The notes beneath the pieces were generated by a model, which saw only the letters and a program-made list of their open reading frames with translations, made no database searches and had not been told where the DNA came from. This document shows positions 46,648-56,159 of a stretch of DNA of 64,000 nt, piece after piece. The stretch is from Faecousia sp. GTDB taxonomy: Bacteria; Bacillota; Clostridia; Oscillospirales; Oscillospiraceae. The DNA is taken from assembly GCA_045538415.1 (NCBI GenBank), contig JAZSRI010000093.1, positions 17,236-81,235 of the forward strand. Direction: 5' to 3'. Within the stretch, counting starts at the first letter, position 1; each line of letters starts with the position of its first letter. The position numbers and the translations under genes were made by a program.

Positions 46648-49050
46648 ATGAGTGAAATATATATCTCCGGTAATATGCCGGTTTTGGCACTTCGTGGTAT
46701 TGCGGTTTTTCCGGAACAAACTGTACACTTTGACGTAGGCCGCATTAAGTCTGCCCTTGCGTTGGAAGAAGCAATGAAAAAAGACCAGACGCTTTTGCTG
46801 ATTCCCCAGAAAAATATTGTGGATGATGATCCGGACCTGTCTGGTCTATATCCCATCGGAACTGTTGTAAAGGTTAAGCAGGTTCTGAAATCTCAAACGG
46901 AGAACATCCGTGTACTTGTGACGGGTCTGTACCGGGCAAAGATCTCTGAACTGAGCCAGACAGAGCCATTCCTTGCAGCTTCTGTGGAAACTGTGTCTGA
47001 GGTATCCGTCACAGATGCTATTCGCGCCCGTGCCCTGCGCAGGGAGGCGACGACTGCTTACGGTAACTATCTGGAACTGGTGGAGCGCCCTTCCCAAACC
47101 ATCCAACTTAAAATTCTGGCTTCCGACAGCAGTGGCTACATTGCCGATGCTATTACACAAAATTCCGGTTTTGACTATCGGGATAAGGCAAAAGTTCTTT
47201 GTCAACTGAACCAACTTCGTCGGTTGGAGTTTGTGATCAAACTCCTACAGCAGGAAATCCAAATGCTTCGTCTGGAAACAGAGATTCAGGAAAAAACCCG
47301 GGCCCAAATCGATCAGGAGCAGCGTGACTACTATTTGCGTGAGCAGATGAAAGCGATCCGGGATGAACTGGGTGAAGGGGATGAATACTCTGAATTTGCT
47401 GAGTATGAAAAGAAAATTCTCCTTCTTAACCTGGACGAACAGTCTGAGGAAAAACTGAGGAAGGATCTGGAACGGCTCAAGAAGCAGCATTTCGGTTCCG
47501 CTGAGGCATCTGTCCTGCGCAATTATCTGGACACGGTATTTGAACTGCCTTGGAATAAGTATACGAAAGAGCGTATTGATGTGGAGGCTGCCAGAAAGGT
47601 TCTGGACAGGGAACACTTTGGTTTGCAGAAGGTGAAAGAGCGCATTTTGGAAACTATTGCTGTACGGCAGATTGCGCCCCACATGCCGCCGCAAATCCTG
47701 TGCCTTGTTGGCCCTCCCGGCGTGGGTAAAACCTCTGTTGCATATTCCATCGCCAGAAGCCTTAACCGTAAAATGGCCAGAATTGCTCTGGGTGGTGTCC
47801 ATGACGAAGCGGATATCCGGGGCCACAGAAAGACCTATGTAGGTGCCATGCCCGGCAGAATCCTCTCTGCGATGATTCAAGCTGGTAGCATGAATCCGGT
47901 ACTTCTATTGGATGAAGTTGATAAATTGGGCTCTGACCACAGAGGTGATCCCAGCGCAGCCCTTTTGGAAGTGCTGGACAGCGAGCAGAATAAAACCTAC
48001 CGGGATCATTATCTGGAACTGCCCTTTGACTTGAGCAACGTTATGTTTATCACTACGGCCAATACTCTGGATACCATTCCCAGACCCTTGCTGGACCGTA
48101 TGGAGATCATCGAGATTGGCTCCTATACGGATGAAGAGAAAGTAATGATCGCGAAGAACCATCTGATCCCCAAACAGATGGAGAAGCATGGCTTAAAGAA
48201 GAGCCAGCTGCGCATTACAGAAGATGGCATCCGTGAGATCATTCGCTGTTATACAAGGGAGTCCGGTGTGCGTACTCTTGAGCGTCATATCGCGCAGATC
48301 TGCAGAAAAGCGGATATGCAGATGCTGCAGCAGGACGCACCCAAGAAACTCACTGTCACCGGAAAGATTCTGGAGGAGTATCTTGGTGTGCGGAAATATC
48401 TGCCGGACCGGCTTCCCGGAAAGGATCAGGTAGGCCTCGTCACAGGCCTTGCGTGGACCTCTGTGGGCGGCGAAACTCTGGAGGTAGAAGTTAACATTAT
48501 GGACGGTTCCGGCAAACTGGAGCTGACTGGTAACCTTGGAGATGTAATGAAAGAGTCCGCCCACGCGGCACTCAGCTATATCCGGGCAAATGTGAAGAAG
48601 CTTGGTATTGCGGAGGACTTTTATAAGACAAAGGATATCCATGTCCATTTCCCTGAGGGTGCGGTTCCGAAGGACGGACCGTCTGCGGGCGTTACTGTGT
48701 GTACAGCCATTGTTTCCGCGTTGACAGGCGCGGCTGTCCGCAGGGATGTGGCGATGACCGGCGAAATATCTCTGCGGGGCAGAGTTATGGCTATCGGGGG
48801 TCTGAAAGAGAAGACCATGGCGGCATTGCGCCACGGTATACGCACCGTGATCATTCCCAAGGACAATCAGCGGGATCTGGAGGAAATTGACCCTATCGTT
48901 CGGAACAGCCTCCACTTTGTTGTCGCTGAGACTATCGACACGGTTCTGGATAACGCCCTGAACCGTAACCACGAGGTCATCCCGGGAATTCTCCAAGATA
49001 TCCCGGATGAGATTAAAAACAAACCCCACAAGCCTTTTATCCGCCAGTGA
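46648..49050 (+). CDS. lon: Lon protease
   Basis: GPPGVGKT, PKDGPSAG (Ser), IGGLKEK (Lys). Confidence 0.97.
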   Translation: MSEIYISGNMPVLALRGIAVFPEQTVHFDVGRIKSALALEEAMKKDQTLLLIPQKNIVDDDPDLSGLYPIGTVVKVKQVLKSQTENIRVLVTGLYRAKISELSQTEPFLAASVETVSEVSVTDAIRARALRREATTAYGNYLELVERPSQTIQLKILASDSSGYIADAITQNSGFDYRDKAKVLCQLNQLRRLEFVIKLLQQEIQMLRLETEIQEKTRAQIDQEQRDYYLREQMKAIRDELGEGDEYSEFAEYEKKILLLNLDEQSEEKLRKDLERLKKQHFGSAEASVLRNYLDTVFELPWNKYTKERIDVEAARKVLDREHFGLQKVKERILETIAVRQIAPHMPPQILCLVGPPGVGKTSVAYSIARSLNRKMARIALGGVHDEADIRGHRKTYVGAMPGRILSAMIQAGSMNPVLLLDEVDKLGSDHRGDPSAALLEVLDSEQNKTYRDHYLELPFDLSNVMFITTANTLDTIPRPLLDRMEIIEIGSYTDEEKVMIAKNHLIPKQMEKHGLKKSQLRITEDGIREIIRCYTRESGVRTLERHIAQICRKADMQMLQQDAPKKLTVTGKILEEYLGVRKYLPDRLPGKDQVGLVTGLAWTSVGGETLEVEVNIMDGSGKLELTGNLGDVMKESAHAALSYIRANVKKLGIAEDFYKTKDIHVHFPEGAVPKDGPSAGVTVCTAIVSALTGAAVRRDVAMTGEISLRGRVMAIGGLKEKTMAALRHGIRTVIIPKDNQRDLEEIDPIVRNSLHFVVAETIDTVLDNALNRNHEVIPGILQDIPDEIKNKPHKPFIRQ

Positions 49051-49059
49051 GGTGTGCGT

Positions 49060-49644
49060 ATGAATTTTAACCGTGTGGATTTTTTGATTTCCGCAGCGTC
49101 TAAAAGAGATTTTCCGGCAGCGAGGCTGCCGGAGATCGCCTTCGCCGGTAAATCCAACGTGGGAAAATCTTCCGTTATCAACAGATTGCTGAACCGGAAA
49201 AATTTTGCCCGTGTGGGAGAAAAGCCGGGTAAGACCATTCACGTGAACTATTTTACTGTGGATGAAAAATGTTATTTTGTGGATTTGCCCGGTTATGGTT
49301 ACGCTAAGGTGTCCCAATCGGAAAAAGACCGTTGGAGCCGTCTCATGGAATCCTACTTTGCTGAAAACCGTATTGATCTTGGTGTGATGATTGTGGACGC
49401 TAGACATGCCCCCACCAACAACGACATAACCATGGCAAGGTGGTTTCTGGACAGCCAATGCCCCTTTGTCGTGGTTGCTAACAAGCTTGATAAGCTGAAG
49501 AAAAGCGAAATTGAGCCTAACATGAACACAATCCGTACTGATCTGGAACTCCCGGAAAGCTGTCCGCTGATCCCCTTTTCCGCGGAGAAGGGAACAGGCA
49601 AGGAAGAACTGGTTAGATTGATTCTGCGGGCTGTTGGGGAGTGA
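49060..49644 (+). CDS. engB: Ribosome biogenesis GTP-binding protein YsxC/YihA
   Basis: GKSNVGKSS, PGKT, DLPGYGY, NKLDK. Confidence 0.96.
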   Translation: MNFNRVDFLISAASKRDFPAARLPEIAFAGKSNVGKSSVINRLLNRKNFARVGEKPGKTIHVNYFTVDEKCYFVDLPGYGYAKVSQSEKDRWSRLMESYFAENRIDLGVMIVDARHAPTNNDITMARWFLDSQCPFVVVANKLDKLKKSEIEPNMNTIRTDLELPESCPLIPFSAEKGTGKEELVRLILRAVGE

Positions 49645-49648
49645 GGAT

Positions 49649-50146
49649 ATGGAACTTACAGTTGGCGGCTGGAAATTCCGTGTAAATACCGAAGAAACCG
49701 CAAACTATTCTAAGGCTGTTTGGGAAGATCACTGTACCTGTGGCTACTGCAGAAATTTCTATGCCACCATTCTTGAGACTTATCCCAAACTGCAGCTATT
49801 TTTGTCCCAATTCGGTATGGACGCCCTCACCCCGGAGGAGCTGATGCCCATTGAGCCGAATCTTTGTATCGCTTCCTACTGCATCAGCGGTACAGTACTG
49901 CATAATGGAAACGGTCCAATCGACATTGGGGGTATTACATTTACTGTAACAACCCATGAACAGGCGGACTATGACACGGCCTGTAAGATACCCTATTTTG
50001 TACTTACTACCGGTTTTCTGGATCTGCCTTGGGTTTTGGAGGAGGACATGAACGAAGTTGTGTCTCCTGCCAATGAACCGGAGTACCTGCAAAGAATGGC
50101 CAATAAGCTACTTGGCGATATTGCGCCGGAAGAAATTTTTTCATAA
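49649..50146 (+). CDS. Conserved hypothetical protein with CxCxxCxNF motif
   Basis: CTCGYCRNFY; RBS GAGG; directly follows engB. Confidence 0.7.
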   Translation: MELTVGGWKFRVNTEETANYSKAVWEDHCTCGYCRNFYATILETYPKLQLFLSQFGMDALTPEELMPIEPNLCIASYCISGTVLHNGNGPIDIGGITFTVTTHEQADYDTACKIPYFVLTTGFLDLPWVLEEDMNEVVSPANEPEYLQRMANKLLGDIAPEEIFS

Positions 50147-50152
50147 ACAAGG

Positions 50153-50182
50153 AACCGCGGCATTCGCATGAATGCCGCGGTT
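50153..50182 (+). terminator. Hairpin terminator between convergent genes
   Basis: AACCGCGGCATTC-GCAT-GAATGCCGCGGTT. Confidence 0.7.
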
Positions 50183-50240
50183 TAGATTGATTTAAAGGAA
50201 AACCACCGACCTTGTTTTTCTATGTGGTCGGTGGTAATAC

Positions 50241-50486
50241 TTATGCCTTTGCTTCTTTCAGCGCTTTGGCCAGCTGATCGGGGCAGGAGGTGGGCTTCAT
50301 ACCGCAGTGGATACCATCCAAACGGGAAATGACATCATCCACGTCCATACCTTCTACCAGTTTGCAAATTCCCTGCAAATTACCATGGCAGCCGCCGGTA
50401 TACTCTACGTTTATAACCTTTCCGTCCTCAATATCAAAGCTGACGCAGCGGGAACAAGTACCTTTGTTTTGATGTTCGTAATGCAT
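50241..50486 (-). CDS. TIGR03905 family TSCPD-domain protein
   Basis: GTCS, GGC.GN..G, CG.K.TSCPDQLA. Confidence 0.9.
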   Translation of the reverse strand: MHYEHQNKGTCSRCVSFDIEDGKVINVEYTGGCHGNLQGICKLVEGMDVDDVISRLDGIHCGMKPTSCPDQLAKALKEAKA

Positions 50487-50501
50487 ATGTGCTATCCTTT
50501 C

Positions 50502-50975
50502 TTACTCTGTAATATCAAAAAGTTTTGCTTCTGTAAAATTAACAAGCGCTTCCGGGGAGATCAGTATTTGATGTCCACGTTCACCGGCAGAAACCGCAAT
50601 CTCATCGTACAAGATACAGGTTTCATCGAAGAAGGTTGGGTACTTTTTCTTCATTCCCACGGGGCTGCATCCACCACGGATATATCCTGTAACCTGCAGC
50701 AGTTCCCTGACCGGCAGCATGGAAATACTTTTATCACCAGCTGCTTTGGCTGCTTTTTTTAGATCCAATTCGCAGCATACAGGGATGCAAAAAACATTGA
50801 TTCCGGTTTTTACACCACGGGCAACCAAGGTTTTAAACACCTGCTCCGGTGGAAAATTTAACGCGGCAGCTGCATGCATGCCGTTCAGATCCTGTTCATC
50901 ATACGCATAAAAACATTCCTTGCATGGAATTCCCGACTGCTGTATCAGCCGTACTGCATTTGTTTTTGAAGCCAA
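50502..50975 (-). CDS. ybaK: Cys-tRNA(Pro) deacylase
   Basis: KTNA.R, VFKTLV, TGYIRGGCSP.GMKK, VSAG.RG; TTG start inferred. Confidence 0.92.
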   Translation of the reverse strand: MASKTNAVRLIQQSGIPCKECFYAYDEQDLNGMHAAAALNFPPEQVFKTLVARGVKTGINVFCIPVCCELDLKKAAKAAGDKSISMLPVRELLQVTGYIRGGCSPVGMKKKYPTFFDETCILYDEIAVSAGERGHQILISPEALVNFTEAKLFDITE

Positions 50976-51074
50976 ATCTATCACCGGAATCATTATATGA
51001 TAATATTGCAAATCTTTCAAGTAGGAATTATTGGGCAAAATACGGTTAACCTACACAAAAAGGAGGTTAACGCC

Positions 51075-51770
51075 ATGATCGATTCAAATAAAGCAGATAT
51101 GAAAGAGCAGGAAAGAGAACTCATCAATGACCTTGGTTCAGACATCACAAAAAGCAGCAAGGGCAATATCTATACCCTGACCATTATTGGTCAGGTTGAA
51201 GGTCATCAGGTTCTGCCCGAGACTGCCAAAACAACGAAATATGAGCATGTGCTGCCACTGCTTGCCGGACTTGAGGAAAGTGACGATATAGATGGATTGT
51301 TACTTCTACTCAATACCGTGGGCGGCGATATCGAGGCAGGCCTGGCCATAGCAGAGATGATTGCGGGAATGAAAAAGCCAACAGTTTCCCTCGTCCTTGG
51401 TGGTGGACATTCTATAGGTATCCCCCTTGCTGTCTGTACCAAAAAATCCTTTATAACACCTACAGCCAGCATGACCGTCCATCCTGTGCGCATGACCGGA
51501 CTTGTTGTGGGCGCGCCGCAGACCTTCCGGTATTTTCAGCGGATTCAGGAGCAAATTACGGATTTTGTTACAGAAAATTCCAATATTTCCAAGGAACAGT
51601 TTGAACGTTATATGATGGCGACAGGGGAGATGGCCACAGATGTGGGTACAATCCTGTATGGAAAGGAAGCTGTAAGTTCCGGTCTTATTGATGAATTGGG
51701 TGGCCTGAGCGACGCGTTGAGTACACTGCACACCATGATAGATGAACAAAGAAAAGAGAAAAACCAATAA
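51075..51770 (+). CDS. tepA: ClpP-like translocation-enhancing protein TepA
   Basis: IIGQVEGH, TKYEH, NTVGGD, GGGHSIG, HPVR; upstream of ftsK/spoIIIE as in Bacillus. Confidence 0.88.
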   Translation: MIDSNKADMKEQERELINDLGSDITKSSKGNIYTLTIIGQVEGHQVLPETAKTTKYEHVLPLLAGLEESDDIDGLLLLLNTVGGDIEAGLAIAEMIAGMKKPTVSLVLGGGHSIGIPLAVCTKKSFITPTASMTVHPVRMTGLVVGAPQTFRYFQRIQEQITDFVTENSNISKEQFERYMMATGEMATDVGTILYGKEAVSSGLIDELGGLSDALSTLHTMIDEQRKEKNQ

Positions 51771-51850
51771 ATTTTATAATCGCACTGGAATTTTAACGTT
51801 ATATGTGTTATTATAGTTGATACCGTTTTTGAAGGGGGGACAGGCATACA

Positions 51851-52681
51851 GTGAAATTATTAACTTATCTGGTATATGGCTTAATAAGCGGCTTTTCTGA
51901 GCTTGTGCCTGTCTCAGCACCTGCTCACAGGCAGCTTATGCAGTACATTTTCGGTATGGATGGCAATACAGCGCTTTTGAACGTTTTCGTACATATTGGC
52001 GTTTTGCTATCTGTTTTAGTTGCACTTCGCGAAACCATCAGTCGTATTCGCAGAGAAAAGGCACTTGTCCACAGTGCAAAACGTAAGCGTTCCGGAAACT
52101 ATGATATGCGCGCGGTCTATGACTTGCGCATTGTAAAAACCGCGGCGCTTCCTATGATCATAGGCTTTGTCCTGTACGCCTACTTTGGAAACAATACACT
52201 GCGTCTTGTGCCATATTGCCTTATGTTCCTTCTTTCCGGATGCATCTTGCTGCTAAGCGATCACATGCGTCAGGGCAATAAAGACTCTCGTCATGTTTCG
52301 GCGCTTGGAGCTATCTCCATAGGCATCACCAGCGCTTTTTCCGCTGTTCCCGGTATTTCACGGATTGCTGCCGGTACATTCTGCTGTAGCTTGATTGGAA
52401 CAGACAGATCCAATGCTTATCTTTGGTTGGTTCTTTTGTCTGTCCCGGCACTGATTGTGTTTATCTTTCTGGACGTAATTGCCGCGTTTGCCATAGGAGC
52501 AGGATCAATTTCATTTGTCTTCATTCTGCTGTGCATTGTTGCCGCACTTGCGGCTTTTGGCGGCGGGTATGCCGCAATTACTTTTATGAATTATCTTGCG
52601 GTGCGTGTCGGTTTCTCCGGCTTTGCCTATTACAACTTTGGCGCGGGAATCTTTTCCTTTATCCTGTATTTGATTACTTAA
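51851..52681 (+). CDS. Undecaprenyl-diphosphatase (BacA/UppP)-like membrane protein with degenerate active site
   Basis: GFSELVPVSAPAH, HIG, PGISR, FAYY; multi-TM. Confidence 0.75.
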   Translation: MKLLTYLVYGLISGFSELVPVSAPAHRQLMQYIFGMDGNTALLNVFVHIGVLLSVLVALRETISRIRREKALVHSAKRKRSGNYDMRAVYDLRIVKTAALPMIIGFVLYAYFGNNTLRLVPYCLMFLLSGCILLLSDHMRQGNKDSRHVSALGAISIGITSAFSAVPGISRIAAGTFCCSLIGTDRSNAYLWLVLLSVPALIVFIFLDVIAAFAIGAGSISFVFILLCIVAALAAFGGGYAAITFMNYLAVRVGFSGFAYYNFGAGIFSFILYLIT

Positions 52682-52693
52682 GGAGGTATTTTG

Positions 52694-55402
52694 ATGGCTA
52701 ACGATAAACGTAAATCGCAGGCGCAACAGGCCGCGGCTGCTGCCAACAAAGCTTCCAAGAAGAACACACCGGCAAAATCCGGAAAAAGTGCTTCTCCTAA
52801 AAAGCCGGTATCGGAAGCGGAGCCTGTACATAAAATTTCCGGACGGGCTGTTAGCTCTATCATTTTTCTGGCAGTGTTTGTCGTAATGCTGGTGATTTAT
52901 TTCCTTCCAGCAGGAAATGATGGCCAGCTTCTACGACTGATCGGTAAATTTATCCACGGTATCATCGGTCGGGTAGGTTATATTGTTGCCATTCCCGGTT
53001 TTCTGTACCTGTTTATAATCCATGCTTTCAGTGGAAAACGTCCTGTAATAATGCGCACAATTTGCCTGGGCGTGTTTATTCTGCTGTGCGGCTGTATCTC
53101 TCATTTGGTGCTGGATAACGGTGTGATGACACTGAAAAACCCCGGCATTCTGAAGGAACTGTATCTGGGCGGCATTGGCGGCAGTACCGGTGGCCTGCTC
53201 TGCGGTTTGATTGCATTGCTGGTGCGGTGGTTGTGCGGCACTGCGTTTTCCTATATCCTCTTTGGCATTGCTGCGGTATTTACATTGCTTGGCAGTATGC
53301 AGATTACCATTTTCAGCATTATTCGGGCTATTGAGGATCGCCCGAGAGCTGATTGGGTGGATAAGGAGCGGGAAGTCCGACAGGAACCTGCAGCAGTTGT
53401 GGTAAATCACATTGCCAACAAGCGAATTCACCACATGGAACAGAAGCGGCAGCGCCAAGCGGAGGCCGCACTGTGTCAGCCCGAACCGGTTGAGAAGCCT
53501 AAGCCTGCAAAGGTCATTGATATTGAGATCACCCAGGCGGCTGAGGCGGCTGAGACACCTACAAGTCCCAAAGTCAGCGACATGCTGACCCAGATCGATG
53601 CAGAAATTGAAAAACCTGTTGCCGCGGCAACAGGACCTGCAGTACAGGTGCAGGATGTTGAGGTGATCCCGGATGTTCTGACTTTCCCAGAAGAATATCC
53701 CAAGAAAATGCCTCCTTTTGAAAAGGAGAAGATTACCGAAAAGCCTGCTGCCACAGTAAAAACCGTGCCGGTTGGTGTAAAGAAAACAAAGTTAACACCT
53801 GCGGATACAAAGGAGTCTGCAGTTAAGGTTGCGGAAGAAATTGCGAAAAAGAAAGATAGTACCAGCGCGGAATACTGTTTCCCGCCTATTGATCTGCTAA
53901 AGATAAACAGCAATGCTTCTGCCGATGGAACCTCTGAAATGCGTGAAAATTCCCGCAGATTGAATGAAACGCTGGCAAGTTTTAAGATTGAGGCGCATAT
54001 TATCAACGTTACCCGTGGACCCAGCGTCACCCGTTACGAGGTTGAGCTGGAAAAGGGTGTAAGGCTTAGTAAGCTGACAACAGCAGCCGATGATATTGCC
54101 TTGAGTTTGGGCGCGTCCGGTGTCAGAATCGCCGCTGTACCGGGGAAGATTTCCGTTGTTGGCATTGAGGTTCCCAACCGCGCGGTAACAATGGTTTCTC
54201 TTCGGGAGGTTATCGATTCCCAAGAGTTTAAGAAGGCAAAGTCTAAATCTGCTTTTGCCGTGGGTAAGGATATTGGTGGTAACTGCATCGTAGGTAACAT
54301 TGCCCGGTTGCCCCACATGCTGATTGCGGGTACGACCGGTTCCGGTAAGTCTGTCTGCATGAATTCCATCATCATTTCCATTTTGTACAAGGCAAGTCCT
54401 GATGATGTGAAGCTTATCATGATCGACCCCAAAATGGTTGAGCTTGGTATTTACAATAGCATTCCTCACCTGCTGATTCCGGTGGTTACAGATCCTAAGA
54501 AAGCCGCAGGTTCTCTGCAATGGGCTGTTACGGAAATGATGCGCCGCTATAAGGCAATGTCTGATGCCGGTGTCCGTGATCTAGAGTCCTACAACAGCAT
54601 TGTAGAGAATCAGGAGACAGAGGGAAAGAAGCTTCCCCAGGTAGTTGTAATCATCGATGAGCTGGCTGACCTGATGCTGGTTGCGGCAAAGGAAGTGGAA
54701 GAGTCTATCTGCCGTATCGCCCAAATGGGCCGTGCTGCCGGTATCCATCTGGTAATTGCTACGCAAAGACCCTCCGCTGATGTGATTACAGGCCTGATGA
54801 AAGCAAATATCCCCTCCAGAATCGCTTTTTCTGTTGCTTCGGCTATGGAGTCCAGAATCATTCTGGATACGCAGGGTGCGGAGAAACTGGTTGGCAAGGG
54901 TGATATGCTCTATGCTCCTATTGGTAACGGAAAGCCAAAGCGTGTACAGGGTTGTTTTGTAAGCGATGCTGAGGTGGAAGCTGTGGCTTCCTATGTGAAA
55001 ACAAATTACGTCACCAGCTATGACAATGAGGTTATTGAGGAAATTGAGCGGAAAGCTGCGCAAACGGGTAACAAGCCTGCCGCTTCCGACCCAGAACCCA
55101 ATAAAGATGAACTGGATGGTGACGAGATGCTTCCCGCCGCAGTGGAAGTGATCCTTGAGACGAAACAGGCTTCTGTTTCCATGCTTCAGCGCCGTTTAAA
55201 GCTTGGCTATGCCCGGGCCGCGCGGATCGTGGATGAAATGGAAGAAAAAGGGATTGTTGGTCCATTCCAGGGAAGTAAGCCCAGAGATATCCTGATCACA
55301 AAGGAGCAATGGGAGGCAATGAAAGGCGGTCAGTCCTGTCAGATGGGATTCGATGATTTATCGGAGCCTGAGCCGGAAGATAATGAAGAAGTACCCTTTT
55401 GA
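52694..55402 (+). CDS. ftsK: DNA translocase FtsK/SpoIIIE
   Basis: N-terminal TMs, PH.LIAGTTGSGKS, IDELADLM, ATQRPS, gamma domain LQRRLKLGYARAAR. Confidence 0.96.
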   Translation: MANDKRKSQAQQAAAAANKASKKNTPAKSGKSASPKKPVSEAEPVHKISGRAVSSIIFLAVFVVMLVIYFLPAGNDGQLLRLIGKFIHGIIGRVGYIVAIPGFLYLFIIHAFSGKRPVIMRTICLGVFILLCGCISHLVLDNGVMTLKNPGILKELYLGGIGGSTGGLLCGLIALLVRWLCGTAFSYILFGIAAVFTLLGSMQITIFSIIRAIEDRPRADWVDKEREVRQEPAAVVVNHIANKRIHHMEQKRQRQAEAALCQPEPVEKPKPAKVIDIEITQAAEAAETPTSPKVSDMLTQIDAEIEKPVAAATGPAVQVQDVEVIPDVLTFPEEYPKKMPPFEKEKITEKPAATVKTVPVGVKKTKLTPADTKESAVKVAEEIAKKKDSTSAEYCFPPIDLLKINSNASADGTSEMRENSRRLNETLASFKIEAHIINVTRGPSVTRYEVELEKGVRLSKLTTAADDIALSLGASGVRIAAVPGKISVVGIEVPNRAVTMVSLREVIDSQEFKKAKSKSAFAVGKDIGGNCIVGNIARLPHMLIAGTTGSGKSVCMNSIIISILYKASPDDVKLIMIDPKMVELGIYNSIPHLLIPVVTDPKKAAGSLQWAVTEMMRRYKAMSDAGVRDLESYNSIVENQETEGKKLPQVVVIIDELADLMLVAAKEVEESICRIAQMGRAAGIHLVIATQRPSADVITGLMKANIPSRIAFSVASAMESRIILDTQGAEKLVGKGDMLYAPIGNGKPKRVQGCFVSDAEVEAVASYVKTNYVTSYDNEVIEEIERKAAQTGNKPAASDPEPNKDELDGDEMLPAAVEVILETKQASVSMLQRRLKLGYARAARIVDEMEEKGIVGPFQGSKPRDILITKEQWEAMKGGQSCQMGFDDLSEPEPEDNEEVPF

Positions 55403-55406
55403 TCGG

Positions 55407-55468
55407 TCTATACAGGCGGAGCCTGTTTAGAAAAAACAATTTACATCGCATCCGGAGAGCCGGAGCGA
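55407..55468 (+). promoter_or_regulatory. Tandem GAG-loop hairpins, pan RNA motif-like leader
   Basis: TCTA-T-ACAGG-CGGAG-CCTGT-T-TAGA and TCGC-A-TCCGG-AGAG-CCGGA-GCGA (bulged A) just before the RBS of an S-component gene. Confidence 0.55.
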
Positions 55469-55489
55469 CAGTAAGGAGGCAAATTTAAT

Positions 55490-56068
55490 ATGAAAAATGT
55501 CAAAAAGATGGTGGGGGTATCCCTGCTGATTGCCGTGGTGGTTGTACTGCAGCTGATAGGCACACTACTGCCCATCAAGCTTGGCCCGGTGTCTATTTCT
55601 CTGGTACTGGTGCCTATTGTCATCGGTTCTGCCGTCTATGGACCCGGTGCCGGCGCGTTATTGGGAGCTGCTTTTGGTGTAGTGGCAACCATATGCTGCA
55701 TCAACGGCATGGACGCTGGCGGCCACATGGTATTCCAGGCAAGCCCCATTATGTGTATTCTTGTGGTCATGGCTAAGGGCATTCTGTGCGGCGCCGTTTC
55801 CGGCTGGGCTTACCGTCTGCTGTCCCATAAGAGTTCCTATGCAGCCATGCTGGTTGCGGCAATTCTTTGCCCCACTGTAAACACCGGTGTATTTCTGATT
55901 GGTATGAACCTGTTCTTTATGGACGTTCTTAAGATATGGGCAGGCGGTAGCGATGTGGCGGGGTATTTACTCACTGGTATTATCCTTATCAATTATCTTC
56001 CGGAGCTTGCCTTGAATGTGGTTCTTAGCCCGGTTAGTCAGAGAATTATCCATACTGTTAAAAAGTAA
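55490..56068 (+). CDS. ECF transporter S component (PanT-like)
   Basis: LVLVPIVIG...GP..GA.LG..FG, NTG.F, N..PEL; six TM segments. Confidence 0.8.
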   Translation: MKNVKKMVGVSLLIAVVVVLQLIGTLLPIKLGPVSISLVLVPIVIGSAVYGPGAGALLGAAFGVVATICCINGMDAGGHMVFQASPIMCILVVMAKGILCGAVSGWAYRLLSHKSSYAAMLVAAILCPTVNTGVFLIGMNLFFMDVLKIWAGGSDVAGYLLTGIILINYLPELALNVVLSPVSQRIIHTVKK

Positions 56069-56080
56069 GTCTTGTTATTT

Positions 56081-56115
56081 AAGAACCGACAGTGAAAACT
56101 GTCGGTTCTTTTTTT
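56081..56115 (+). terminator. Intrinsic terminator
   Basis: AAGAACCGACAG...CTGTCGGTTCTT followed by a T run. Confidence 0.85.
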
Positions 56116-56142
56116 CATATTTGCTCTGCAGCAGCATAGGAT
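56115..56142 (+). promoter_or_regulatory. SigE-type promoter of the spoIIIA operon
   Basis: TCATAT-14-CATAGGAT matches the sigma-E consensus; spoIIIA is sigma-E dependent in Bacillus and clostridia. Confidence 0.65.
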
Positions 56143-56159
56143 TCATCAAGGTGATGCTT

